Shown here piece by piece: positions 50,215 through 62,942 of a stretch of DNA of 64,000 nt. Below the pieces are notes generated by a model that saw only the letters and a list, made by a program, of their open reading frames with translations, was not told the origin of the DNA and did no database searches. Position 1 is the first letter of the stretch, and every line of letters starts with the position of its first letter. This stretch comes from Catajapyx aquilonaris. Lineage: Eukaryota. Location: NCBI GenBank assembly GCA_000934665.2, contig KZ538157.1, positions 1 through 64,000 of the forward strand. Reading direction: 5' to 3'. A program made the position numbers and the translations under genes.

Positions 50215-50513
50215 CCTGCCGAGGAGTTTTGCAGCGGGTGCTCACCTGAGAGCGCCATGAGACATTTCCCGGAGCAATTATGTGGCGACCCTACCGGACT
50301 AGGCTGAACTTTATAGGTACAAAAGGGAAGCGCTACATTGGGGGACCCAACATGGGCGCCGGCGGCCATATTGGGCCCACATGTAGCTCTTCCGAGCGCT
50401 TCCCTTTTGTACCTATAAATTCAGCCTAGTCTGGTAGGAGCGCCACATAATTGCTCCGGGAAATGTCTCATTGCGCTCTCAGGTGAGCACCCGCTGCAAA
50501 ACCCCGCGGCAGG
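50215..50513. mobile_element. 300-bp hairpin element
   Basis: Arms of about 120 bp with few mismatches (TTTTGCAGCGGGTGCTCACCTGAGAGCGC...); no TSD found. Confidence 0.8.
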
Positions 50514-51565
50514 GGGTGGGTGGGAGTGACCTAACCTGAGTCTTCTATAACCATGCATCGGAGCCTCGTGGGGATGTGTATATTACCCTACAACACAGTG
50601 GCATGTTAGTTAGCACGCGCTCCATCTTACTAAATTACTCTCCAGTTCTCAACTCTTACCAAAAATGAAGAATTCCACACTAATAGACCGCTGTCATGCG
50701 CTTACGCGATGAAATATGCATTCAAAAGTAATATTCAGCATTGCGACCGTATTATAGTTGGAAGTACCCTACTCTCATGAAGCGAGTGCTGCGTTAAAGT
50801 CAACACGTCCCCGCAATTCCGCCAACTCATAAACTATTCAAGTGCAGCTGTTCTTTCGACTCAACACGAGGAAGTCTGCCGCTAGCTAATGTTTTAGACC
50901 TAAATGTTGCAAAACTTCTACTTTTATTTGCAAGTTTTTCTTCGGCCGTGGTCATACTTATCAGATGCACTCAAAACCTCTTGGCAATTGAATATTTAAC
51001 ACGAAGAAATTGGTTTTGGTGCTTTGAATTCGGCCGAAACTTTCGGTTCAATATTAAAAGTGTCACTTCTAAGTTATGCTTTAAGAGCGAGCCCAAGATA
51101 TGATATCAGAGATGGTGGGGCATTACTTGATCTCTGTCTTTAACCTACTTCCTTGACTCGTAAATGGAGTCGGGGTTCCATTATCTTAAGGAGAGCAAGT
51201 AATGCAAAAAGGTAACGCGCCATCTGCTCAAGGATTTATATACCCACTATGATAATGCTATAACTTGCACGGTTGTCTGGTGCTGCATGGAGTATCCAGT
51301 GAAAAATTAGAATATTTCCGTTTTTGAACGAGATGCGTCCTTCCTGTGATGGCATTAGATCATAAATCGCGTAGTAAACAGGATCTAAATTTTTTGCTGA
51401 ACAGCACACCGTGACAGTTTTGTCGGGTGCCTGACTTGACATATTCCTAACCGATTATGTTTATGAACACTAAAAATTTTCATATGACTCACTGCTACTA
51501 TGTACTGTACTATAGTCAGTCCAGCAGACGGCTGTAACAGGGCTAGTAAGTGTCAACAGGTGTAT

Positions 51566-51941
51566 ACAGGGTGGTGACAATGGTGGACACTCTTGGATTT
51601 AGCCTTCTTGATAATTTATAAGACAAAATTACCTCTAGCTGATTTTGGCGATTCAGGCTCTATTTCGGAAGTAATCGCTTGTTAAGTTTATAAGCACCCT
51701 ATACATGCTGGCAATAGGGTCATCCTGCGTGCCAGGCGATCCTCCAAACATCCCTAATATCTGGGGCGCCTGGCTTGCAGGATAAGTCCTATCACCAGCG
51801 TGTATCACGATTAACAACTGAACAAGCTATTATCTCCTTAATGAAGCCAAAATCGCCAAAATCAACTATGGTAATTTCGCTTTAGAAATTCCCCCAGAAG
51901 CCTAAATCCGAGAGGAAGTGAGCAACTTTGGCACCACCCTC
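51566..51941. mobile_element. Degenerate Tc1/mariner-type foldback MITE
   Basis: TA-CAGGGTGGTG ... CACCACCCT; internal arms GATTTTGGCGATT / AATCGCCAAAATC. Confidence 0.65.
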
Positions 51942-51964
51942 AATTACACACTGTTGTGTAATAT

Positions 51965-52222
51965 TATTGTTATTTTATTTAAAGACCCATGATATTTATA
52001 TGCCTGCGGTATTTTAGATGATCGTCAACTTTGTGTTTTCGCTGTCCTTCTGATGGATTTTGATGGTGCGAGGAAACGGCAGAACCCCAAGAAAACCCAT
52101 GAGAACATGGAGAGAACCAATCGAAACTGTTTTCACATATAGAAATCCTTTCTTCAGCAAGGGGATGAAACGCAGGACACCTCAGAACTTGAAGGCCCTA
52201 ACCACTACACTACCGTGCCGTT
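51965..52222 (-). mobile_element. Degenerate SINE with V-domain-like core
   Basis: - strand head GGCACGGTAGTGTAGTGGTTAG; + strand GAGGAAAC..GAAAACCCA..ACATGGAGAGAAC resembles the V-SINE core as recalled. Confidence 0.6.
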
Positions 52223-54621
52223 CCTCCCTGTGTAATAATATTATGCCAGAGGTTTCGCAGAGTTCCTTATCACGAGGCGACTGGGTTTATTAATGCCATG
52301 CAAAATAAACTTAAATTACAGTACAGTATCTTGTTATCACGTCTATCAAAAAGCAATCTCCATAAAGTATAGGTTCTCTTTAATCGATTACAGCGACATG
52401 AACGTAAGGTTCAAAGACAGGTTAGGGTCTATTTTAGAAATTCTACATAATCTTACAGTGTTACTGTCACTCTATCAGTCAGCTACAGTTTAGTAGCAGA
52501 TGTCATCCTCATGCGGAAATAGTTACGATGTGTTCTCTCCTGAAAACTTGAAAAATGTGCCCACGCTAAATATTATAATAATAATATCACAAGGTGCATT
52601 TTTGACCAGTATTATTTCTGCGACAAGAATGTACAGTACGTACAATAATCCCTGCTCACGCCCATTATACATTCTATAGGGTATAAACCTATACTCGCAA
52701 AATCTTGACATTGTTTGTAAAATCTGATCCTTTTAAGAAGCCATGCAACTTAAGTGTTTGCTCACCCAACTTTGATTTATTCTTGCCGAAAGGAAGGACC
52801 TGCTGAGTGGCACTTCTTTCCTTTTGGTGAAGCGGAGTTCCACTTCACCCCCTTCCAAGAGAAGTATTCTAGGAAAGCGCCGGTACTGTATACCCCCTGC
52901 ACTATCCGTCCAAACCCCCGTCTTTTGGCCCTGGCGGCGTCAGCGGCAAAAGGATTCAATATTGAATTCCGGAGCCAGCCCGCAAAACTCGAAATAACAG
53001 GCGAAAAAAAGCACTCCTTTTTGCGCCGCCATTTTTTTCTTCTTTCCCTCCCCATCCGCCCCCTAGCGGACCTATACCTACAGATTTATGAGAATAACTT
53101 CCTGGAGCGGGATTCTTTACGAGTTTTTCCAGTCATGCTCGCGGAATCAAAGTGAAGCTGCGCAGACTATCCAGAAGAAAACGTCTCCGGACCACTCTCC
53201 ATTCATATAAGGCCAGCCTTAGATTCCCCGCCACTAAGTTTCTCTTCGGGGTCTTTCATTTTTTTTAAAGGGGAACCCCCCCCCCCCCCAAACTCTGGAG
53301 GAATATTTTCGCTCCATCTGATACAGATGCGGCCCTTATCGAATGCCCTCATGCTTTTCCTTTGGGCAAGATGGGCAGAGACGCTGTTCTGGATGGTGGT
53401 AAAAGAAGAAGACCTAGTCTTAAAATTGCCTTCATTTTGTTCTGCCTCAGCGAATGGAGTCAGAAAAGTCGCTATCATGCAGACAACCAAGGCGACCTTT
53501 GTAGGCATCCAGTTTCCTTGACCACGCTGCCAATCACAAAAATAATAGCAACAGAAACTATGCCGTAGTGGGGGGCTTTGCGTTCAGAAACAACCGCTAC
53601 TACTGCAGATACGGGTGTACTTTTATAATGGAGCACTCTGGCGGCTTTTTTTTTGTTTGTTTTTTGAGAAAATAGTTTGGGAGAGAATCCGGCATTCTCC
53701 AGATGATCATGATGGCTGGCACTGAGAAAGGCGGAAACAGAACCGAGTCCAAAAATATGACGAGTTCCGCAATTTTAAAACACAAATCCGGTTTCACATG
53801 GGTCGTTGACTTTGTCTTTAGTTGGAAACCACCGATCAGCGCTGGCACAACTAACCATAACGACCCCACATCGTAACGCTGCATATCTCTACAAACCTCA
53901 TCATTTATAGTTTACCCATACTTTTTTTTTGAATCCTGCCTGTCTCTACAAAGTTATACCCAGTCTATCCCAGTATCGGAGGAAGAAAAAATGCAAATCC
54001 GAGAAAGAATTAGGTTGTGAGCTCCGTGAAAGCGAATCCCCTCCTACTCTCGGATTCACGAAGATAAGGAGCCTCACTGTACTCCAGAAGATTGAAGAGG
54101 CAGTCAGGTTGGAATAAATCTAAGGATGCCACCACCACCATCCTCTCCCCCCATTTCCTCCGCCTCCCTCCTGCCCCTTCCTCCCACCTCCCGCGTGCCT
54201 GCTTCTCAATGTAATGAGAAGATTTCCGTCTATCTCGACCCGACGTTCACCCAAGCCTTCTCACTCCCTGCTTGTTTTTTTTATAGGCTATACAATTTTT
54301 GCACACTTAGGTGACCTATTGCAGGTAATGGCGATTATAATCTCATTTAGTATTTTAATTTTATGTGATACTCGCAGGAAAGTCTAAAAGTATGATGTGC
54401 CATATTAGTGTAATAGTTGTGACTTCCCTCGTTAGAGGGCGGATATGGACCTGGTGGGGAGATATCTTTTGTATATAGTGAGTCGTGGGACGGCCTGGCT
54501 CCGGGCCAGTCGTAGTAAATGGGTTGCTCCGAACCTGTTGTATTATTGGACCACGACCCTGAGTGACCTTACGGGGTCAAGAGGGATGACCTGAGGTCAA
54601 TCCCTCACAGTCCAAATGTTA

Positions 54622-54860
54622 ACCGGCGCGGCGCCTAGTGGTTAGCGCGCTCGCCTCTGGTCCCAAAGTTGTGGGTTCGAACCCGGTCGAGGTCGGTGAC
54701 TTTTCTCCGGGTGGTAGAAAAGTGAGAGTGCGCCTTCCTCCGGAGGGGAAGTAAAGCCGTCGGTCCCGTGTGCTTGTGACATTGCGCGAGTGCACGTTAA
54801 AGATCCCCAGAGTGGCCAAATTTCCTGGATGAGGACCACCCCCTGGCGTAAATGTAAATA
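54622..54860 (+). mobile_element. tRNA-derived SINE with Deu/Nin-like central domain (family D)
   Basis: A box GCCTAGTGG, B box GGTTCGAACCC, then GGAGGGGAAGTAAAGCCGTCGGTCCC..GTGCACGTTAAAGATCCCCAG. Confidence 0.8.
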
Positions 54861-56112
54861 TGAGCTCAAATATTTTTCTACAATTTCCTTGCATTACTTA
54901 ATTCTTTAAAAACAACATACTGTAATATCACATTGTTTATAGGTATAATCATACGTAAGTATGTGAAAATGGGTGGAGCCATTTTTACAGGGAGTTTATG
55001 ATAAAATAATAAACTAACCCTAAATCAGCTCTAAAACCTTCAGTTTCAACCGCGGTCACCACTTTAAAGCAGCCGCAAACTCACAGCTCATTTTGCCAGA
55101 AAATTCCCACAATATTGTTTTTAATTAAGCAATGTTTTCATATACTGCGCAGTAAATACGGCCCGAAATAAATCGCATTAATTAATCAATTACATCGCAC
55201 GGCTATCACGTAGCTGAAATGGGATATGAAACGTCGCAAACAAATCATTAACTCCCTCCAATATGAAATTCAAAAATCCTGAAATAATTAGGCCAAAGTG
55301 AAGGCCCTGGACCCCTCTTATTCCCACACGTCCTAATTGGTCAGGATCCATTTTTCAACCAGATAGTCTTCGTTTGGCTCTTTCGGGTGGTGTGGAATTT
55401 CCTCGAGTGTCACGTCAGAAATGGTTAGTTCCAGATGGCAGAACCCCCTCTTTCTCTCGGCGGTGGTCCGCTACCCCCAAAGCCCTCCAGCCCCTACCTC
55501 CGTCTACTCTTTCGTTGCTGAAAGCTCTAGGAAAAACTGGCAGATTTTCATGGTAACGAGAGATAGGAGACCCTAATCCGACCGCGGAAGGGGGGTAGGG
55601 GGTGGGCTGCTGATAGCAAGGATCTCCTAACAGAGGGCTGGGAGGATGGTGAGGGTGTCATCCCCTAAGGCGTCTCCCAAAAGATGATGTCCTTAGAGAC
55701 AACATGACTATAGTGGGATTTTCATGCCATCAAGGCAAACTTCCGTCTGTAATATTGAAGTTTAAATGCGACGAAGAGGCACGCTTTTGCTCCCTTTTTA
55801 TTTATACAGTATTATACTTGCACCTCCGAGCGAAACTGTTCAATGTAGCCTAAATGAACATGTCCAAATCATTTATTCAATAAGAAAATGATACTGACGT
55901 CACAAGCCTTTAATTGTTACCCACGGTGGGGTAAGATGGGGGTAATGTGAATTAGAAGAGAAATGTCAATTTTTTGCCATTTTCCTAAACACTATGTAAT
56001 TCATGTACCGATTCCGGAGGTGGTATTTTGCGATCAACAAATACCGTCTACAGTACTGACTAGTAGACAGCCCATCGTTCAGATGTACTGACCTGAAAAT
56101 GGTACATCACGT

Positions 56113-56167
56113 TGTACCGATTCATGTACCGATTCATGTACCGATTCATGTACCGATTCATGTACCG
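56113..56167. repeat. Perfect 12-bp tandem repeat (TGTACCGATTCA) x4.6
   Basis: Read directly. Confidence 0.95.
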
Positions 56168-56186
56168 TCGTCAAATGAAACGCGTA

Positions 56187-56187
<1 letters not shown>

Positions 56188-56271
<84 letters not shown>

Positions 56272-56597
56272 CCGGGGTAGTTCTTGACCTCATCTGAGGT
56301 ATGCAGCACGGACCTTTATTTATTATATCAAGTACATTTTAGCCTTTTTACGTAGCGCCCGGGCCCACGGGCAGGATGACAGGAGGGGATATGCAAGGTG
56401 CAGTGCAATGTCTTAAACGTGGCCGTTTTTAGTGAACTCCCCCGGGTGGTTTAGTATGTGGAAATACCACCCGAGACGAAGCCAAAGGTGACCCTGAACT
56501 CTGCACGAGATGAAGGGGGTGTCCCCGGGCTGGGATCGAACCCGGGACCTTAACATCCGTGGGCGCATACGTTACCGCAGCACCACTCCGCCCCCCC
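56188..56597 (-). mobile_element. SINE family B, second copy, with long (ATT)n tail
   Basis: Colinear with 44690-45040; decayed 17-bp TSD (13/17 matches) at 56176-56192 and 56598-56614. Confidence 0.88.
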
Positions 56598-57591
56598 TGA
56601 AACATGTGAAATAAGGACAGACTAAGTCCACTTTTCCGGAAAAATATTTTTTCGTTCATATGATAGTATGGAGGCCCTGGAGCAGGATGGTGTGGGAGTA
56701 AGAGTTTAAGGCCGCCGGGAAGTCTCTGAAAATGGGTGCCTTCTTATTGATGCCATACTCATGTAATATAAGAACCAGACTAAGTCCACACAGTTCACAA
56801 TGCTTGGTAATGTACGGCAAGGCTAAGTCACATTTTGTTACCCTTATATCCCTGTAAGTTGGATTAATGTATTCATATCATTTTCAATAAATATTCAGAT
56901 TATGTATCACACTTAATTGTATAAATGTTAAAACGTTAAGTAGACTACCCCATCTTGCCCCAAGCTCCCCTACCATTTTCAAGTCAGTACATCTGAACGA
57001 TGGGCTGTCTACAAGTCAGTACCGTAGATGGCATTTTGTTGATCACAAAGTACCACCTTCGGAATCGGTACATGAATTACAGTAGGATGTCCAATGTGCA
57101 AATGAAGCCATGTGCATTTGTAACAGTTTTTTTCATTGCTCGTCAAGCTATTTCGAAATGAGATTCTGTATGTAGCACGACGATGCGACATTTTAATGCA
57201 TTTGATGGCTTCCACATTGAACAGAGTGCCTCCTATAGACATCCGTCAGCTTTTAACAGGGCCAGAAATTCATTGAAATCAGTCGAGCGTAATTTGAGCA
57301 GGATTTCATCATCAGGAGAGAACGTGACTTATGCGGAACAAAATGTGATACTCCAGGTGGATGATTTGATGCGCCTCTATAGCTTGTTGCAGAGAGTTGG
57401 CACACACATTCTATCGCAACTTGCAGAATGCACAAAATTATTGTCAGCCACAGAAGCGTACAGGCTTTCTCGCCATGGGTTTTGGAATTTTTTGCAAATA
57501 ATTCCAATATTAAATGCACTCGGATACGTGGCCAAAAAAGAGCGTTGAAATATAGGCCTACTTCATACTTTATAAAATCCTGAATCTTTTA

Positions 57592-58458
57592 GAGCCGGTT
57601 GTATCAACGCAAGTTTTCTATAAGCCTGCGGTTACCAGGCAGTAAATCCGTGATTAACGAAAACCACGTTGTATCAACGCGAGTTTGCGCAAACCTGCAG
57701 TTAAATCTCGGATGAACACTAACCTTCCTATTTGGCGGTTTTCTCGTTCGAACGCGGCCGTATTTCGACTTATCTAGTCGTTTTTGAGCATATTTTCAGG
57801 TGAATATGCACTGAATACCTCATCTGAAATTGTTGATGGGGACTGCACAGAGGACCGGGAGTACACTGGGTACGACAACGAGGCGAAACCACCCCGAAAA
57901 AAGGCTGGCAAAATTCAGGGGTAAAATAGTTTTGTTTGTTTGTTTGTTTGTTTGTTTGTTTGTTTGTTTTGTTTTTGGCCAGCCAACGAGTCCACCTGCG
58001 AGCGGGTCAGACATGCCCGGCGTCTAGATCAAAGATGGGGGCCGCTATGTTAGTTGGGTAATGTGACATTTGGTTGTGTGGCGTACAGTGTTGGTCATAA
58101 ATCGAGGCATATTGCTAGCGACATTTTCCGAGGCGGCAGGAGATGGAATCGAAGATAAGGATACTGCAAGCCGGGCGAGCAAGATCTTCTGCCGCTTCGG
58201 AAAATGTCGCTAGCAGTACGCCTCGATGAATGTCCAACACTGTACACGTCACGTGACATTTCCAGCCAATGGGCTACAGCAGCGGTGAGCGATGGATAAA
58301 TTTGGAATAGCCCCTGAGGTGATCGCGCGAATTTTCAAACCACAGATTAAGATAACCTGAGATGTATTGATACAACGCATGTCGGAGTTTTCTGAAAACC
58401 TCCGGTTTTGAAACCTCGGATTTTCTCCTCATTTAACTCGCGTTGATACAACCGGCCC
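57592..58458. mobile_element. Non-autonomous PIF/Harbinger-like element
   Basis: TIR G.GCCGGTTGTATCAACGC / GCGTTGATACAACCGGCCC with internal repeats of GTTGTATCAA; flanks TTA / TGA. Confidence 0.75.
58086..58242. mobile_element. Hairpin MITE nested in the Harbinger-like element
   Basis: TA-CAGTGTTGG ... CCAACACTG-TA, arms of about 58 bp. Confidence 0.8.
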
Positions 58459-60771
58459 TGAGAGTAAGAGCCAGAGTATATTTAATTAGTCATTAAACCC
58501 ATATGCTCGCTTTTTAAAGCAGGAAATGTGGTTATTAAGTGAAAAGTGCCTGAAGTGCTTTTTTTGGAGGAATCAATACATGCAACGTACACATAGCGCT
58601 GTAGGCATGTATAAAGTTCATGATCGGTTGGATGCCAATGAGAACAAGCAAGTGGTTAACGTTTCCAATTACTCGTGCGTGGTTCTACAGGTAGGCTACT
58701 AATCTACTTAAGTAACTTGACTGGTTGTTTACTCTCAACTTGGTCGCCACAGCAAAACATATAATCGCAGGAGACCGAACTACAGTGCTTGTTGTTCAAG
58801 GTGATAATTACGTAACCGAATAAACATAATTATAGATGCTCTAATTATATTTCTAAAGTTCTAAACGCTCTCTGGCTCAGATAATGACATCTGAATTAAT
58901 AAAATGTAGGAGGTCCCGTACCTGTCCTAATTATTTACAACAGTGCAGTGTAATCCAAGCACTTTACACTAGAGTAATGCCAAGTTTAGAAATTCAATTT
59001 AAATTGTCGAGCTATTGTAATCATGCGATTGAAGAACGATAATGGATCTCAATCAAGCTTACATTGTATAGCCTACCCGTGTAAGGTGTTGGACTAAAAA
59101 AGTAATGAGGCTTCTCCCCTGCCAATAAGAATTCAGGGACATACGGAAGGCCCAGATAACAAGACTCGAATCTCAAAAAAGGTCCCTACTACTGCGGAAA
59201 GTCCTCAGCACAACTATTGGCCTTTGAGGACAAAAGAGGATCCCAGGAGGAAAAGTTCCCACGACTGGAAAGACTAACGACTAAAACACCCACTACCGAA
59301 ATGGCCTACCGGCAAAAAGTCGTCACCACCAGTCGTCCCAATAGGTCCTCACCTCCACAGGATGGTAAAAAATTGGCGCACTTCCTATCGTACCGTACTT
59401 TGTCTCCTGGTAACATATTGCTATAAGATTTTTTAAATTGTTTAATTTATTTTGACATTTTTTTTAGATAAGAGGATGATAATTTTTGTTATAGCCAGAC
59501 AGAATATTCTGAAGAAAATATTATCTCCCAATATGTGCAATTTCCACAATACAAACTGTGGAGACCTTTTAGGCAATAATGTAGGCCTATCATCAGGTCA
59601 CTTATTATAGGTTGGGCAGTTCGGTACTAGACCAACCCTGCAGGAAGCGAAGGTTTGTGAAGTAGCTCTGAATATCCTGAGTCATTACAGTGTCAAGTTT
59701 AACAATGCAAAATTCTGGCATGATTGTCCCAAGAGAAGTTATTCGTCGATCGTCCCCCCAACCGAAACTGATGTCCCGACCGGTTCTTTCTATTGCTCAA
59801 GGTCCTAGAAAGTTTAGGATCTAGGCCTACTTGATTCTTCAACCAAAACGGTTCAGCATTTCTCTTTCTACAAATCTATGAATGACTATTTTATCTACCC
59901 GACACCTTCACTGTGAATAAGTGCAGTTATGTAAATGCCTACATTTATTACATTAGAATTGAAATGTACTGTATGTAATGAACGAATGATTCAGTATTTT
60001 TAAACAATATAGCCTGCAGTATTAGTGAACACAATGCTGTGCAGAAGATCTCGTCGAAAACATCGTCGCAAGCAGAGAGTAACTTCCGAATGCGATGCGA
60101 TCCCTAGACAGCTGCAGGGCAGTTGTGTGCACGTGCTTTTAGTCGCTAAGTACTAAGAAAATTCCGAGTCCCTTCTGCACGTATTATCCCTGTCCTAAAG
60201 GGCCGGGCGTGGAAATCTCATCGCAGTTTAACGCCATTAGGGGGAAGCCTCTGTAGACCTCATCCTCCGCGCATTTTGACGCTGTTAACAAGGATAAACA
60301 CAAACAATCGGAGGCTTCCGGGCCCTTCCTTCGGGGGAATTCCTGGTCTAAATGGTGAGGCTGATGCCTTCTCCAGACACAGGATCTCAAAAACCCAGCA
60401 ATAAGTCAAACTTGGACTCAAAGGTCAGTTCAGCTCAAAATGTGGCCTGCCTGGACCATGCCTCTCAGTGCTCATCTGGAAATGCGTTCACAGACCCCCA
60501 TGTGGCAACGCTGTCATTACGTAAAGTGGGATTTGATGTTGCAATTAAACGGGACACCATGACTGTCAAAAGCGTCAAGAGGTATTAATCGACACCAAAA
60601 CCAATCAAACCGCAGACCTGTTCAAACACTCGTCCAGAAGTCATGCAAACTTGTTACCTCACTGAAACTTGATCATGTTCAAATTGTGTGGTTTACGTTT
60701 ATATTATGCATATTATAAGTTCAGCATTGGTCTACTCTAGGAATAGCTGTGAAAGTGCCTCATCAGGTGTA

Positions 60772-60913
60772 CTATGGGGCACAAATTGTTTTGGCCACTT
60801 TATCCTGGTCTTGAAGCAACCCTTCGCACAGGCCCCAAGGTGAGCAAGGGTGTCTGTGTGAAGGGTTGCTTCAAGACCAGGATAAAGTGGCCAAAACAAT
60901 TTGAGCCCCATAG
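60772..60913. mobile_element. Young hairpin MITE
   Basis: TA-CTATGGGGC.CAAATTGTTTTGGCCACTTTATCCTGGTCTTGAAGCAACCCTTC and its reverse complement -TA. Confidence 0.85.
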
Positions 60914-62942
60914 TACATGTACAGGCAAAGGCTTGACGAGGACAACTTTAATAAAATATATATCACGAGGCACAGGGTATCTCACTGGATAACTCTTACG
61001 GTTCGTGCATCATTTCCTTGGATACAATGCCCAATGTGTTCCATTATTAAACCTGCAATTTTTTGACCCTTCCAACTGAACCCTTCTCTCTTTTCAAAGG
61101 AATTCCCGATACTTATTTGGTACAGTAGTCCCATTCGTGCCGCAAGTGCTGTAGAGACCTTTCAGTGTGCAACAGCTGAAGGAACAGGCAACGGCACAAA
61201 CTTCTCCAATATATACTCTTTGCTTCTGCTGGCACGCAAGCTTTCTCCCAGTGAAAAGACCAGGATGGGAGCTTCCCAGCTACTACAATAACAGCAGAGC
61301 CATCCCTAAAGAGGGTTTTCTCCCCACCCTCCTCCCAGGCCCCTCAGGGAATTAAGACGCACACTACCCGACAGAGTAAATTAGTTCACCTAGCACAACT
61401 TGAAACGCATGAGGTCTGCTGTCTTTCCCCGTACTCCTGTGCTGCCTACTGCGGAATAATAACATGGCCAGGCTCAGTAATGTTGGGGCAAGGTCAGAGC
61501 AGTTAGGTGCTAATGGGTGTAGTGCATGTTGCATTAGGCTATAGGCTGCATTTATGTTGTACTCGCATTGGCTAGCAAAAAAAAAGTGTGGTCTGACGAC
61601 GTTAAGAGCCTCCACCACAAAAATTCAATTAGCCTTTATGCAAATTACATGAGTAACCAGGAATGTTGCAAGTTTCTAGGGAAATGTTTGCTGCAGTTAG
61701 AAAACTGGACATTATAGTGGATCTGATTGTCGACATGAAAACGTTTCTGAAAATGCATTTTGGACACGGTTCGAGAAAGCAGTTGCACTGACCCACAAAA
61801 TTGCAGGAGAGGAAGACTATGTAACTGCCATTAGTCACTAGCAACTTTGAGTTACTGCCTAATCATTAGCACTGACAGTTCATGTAGAAAACTGACAACA
61901 TGATAAATGAAGTCAAAGATCACTGCGATGTTACTATGGTCAAAAATGACCTCCCATCCATATACAGAGCTATATACCTTTAAACACGACGGGGTTGGGC
62001 CGGAAATGGGTCCGGTGAAGTAGAATAAACCATTATTTTACGCACTGCTATTTTTGAACGCTACCAATTTCCAACACTTTGCAGATTAATCCAAACTGGT
62101 CATCTATAATTCTAATTTTACAGTAGTTGAACAGGGCTCCCTGCTATGAAGCTTTTTTGCCCGTAGAAATACAAGGACAAGAGTGACGGCAAATTACACA
62201 TGGGCTTTATTTCAACCTACTGCATACACTGCAATAATCGGTACAAAAGAGTGGTTTCAACTAAATGAAAAAAAAAGCATTAAAAGTTGTCCGGGAGGCG
62301 TTGTAATACGCGACGGCACCAAATGGAATAGTGTTCCATGAAAGTGTGTTGTTCAATCCCATAATAATGAGGAGCATCACCATGAGATCATTTCAGTTGT
62401 ACTTGCAAGTGAGTGTATGTAACTGACGGATTACCCTCATTGCAATGACAGATGACACCGATTTAGAATAGGCTGTTTGCTCTAATTTTATGAAAGCAAC
62501 AATTGCTAACAGTTGCCAACAGAAATGACATGTTTGGAGATATTTCACACTATAACCAGAAGTGGAGAGAAATTTCATATTTCAAGTCAGTTTCAATGGA
62601 GTATATAATATGATTTCGAGTAACTTGGAACCGTCCATTCTTACTAGAAATATTTAAAAAGAAATTCTACAGTAATACAGTATTTTGTAAAATTGTTATA
62701 AAATTGCAGATTCTCAACGTTATACAAACTGCAATTCAGCTAGAATTACCACATTTCATTTTTAGTAAACACTTTCACTCACACACCTTTTGTAAAAAAA
62801 ATACATATACGGGTACTTCAACTATTCGCCAAAATAATCATGCAGATTCCCTACAGGTTACGTATAATTACAGTATATAAAATAAAAAAGTTATGCATAT
62901 ACAGTATAGTTGGTATCCTTCTGAAACCAAATAAATTGACAT

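Larger units (their letters stand above)
55995..57081. repeat. 110-bp inverted repeat pair (55995-56104 and 56971-57081)
   Basis: About 90% identical by manual alignment. Confidence 0.85.

Noticed and set aside
56113..56167. Regular short repeat array, CRISPR-like at first glance
   Set aside because: Head-to-tail 12-mers with no spacers, eukaryotic context, no cas genes
57183..57548. 121-aa ORF
   Set aside because: No recognisable domain or splice context; lies among repeats
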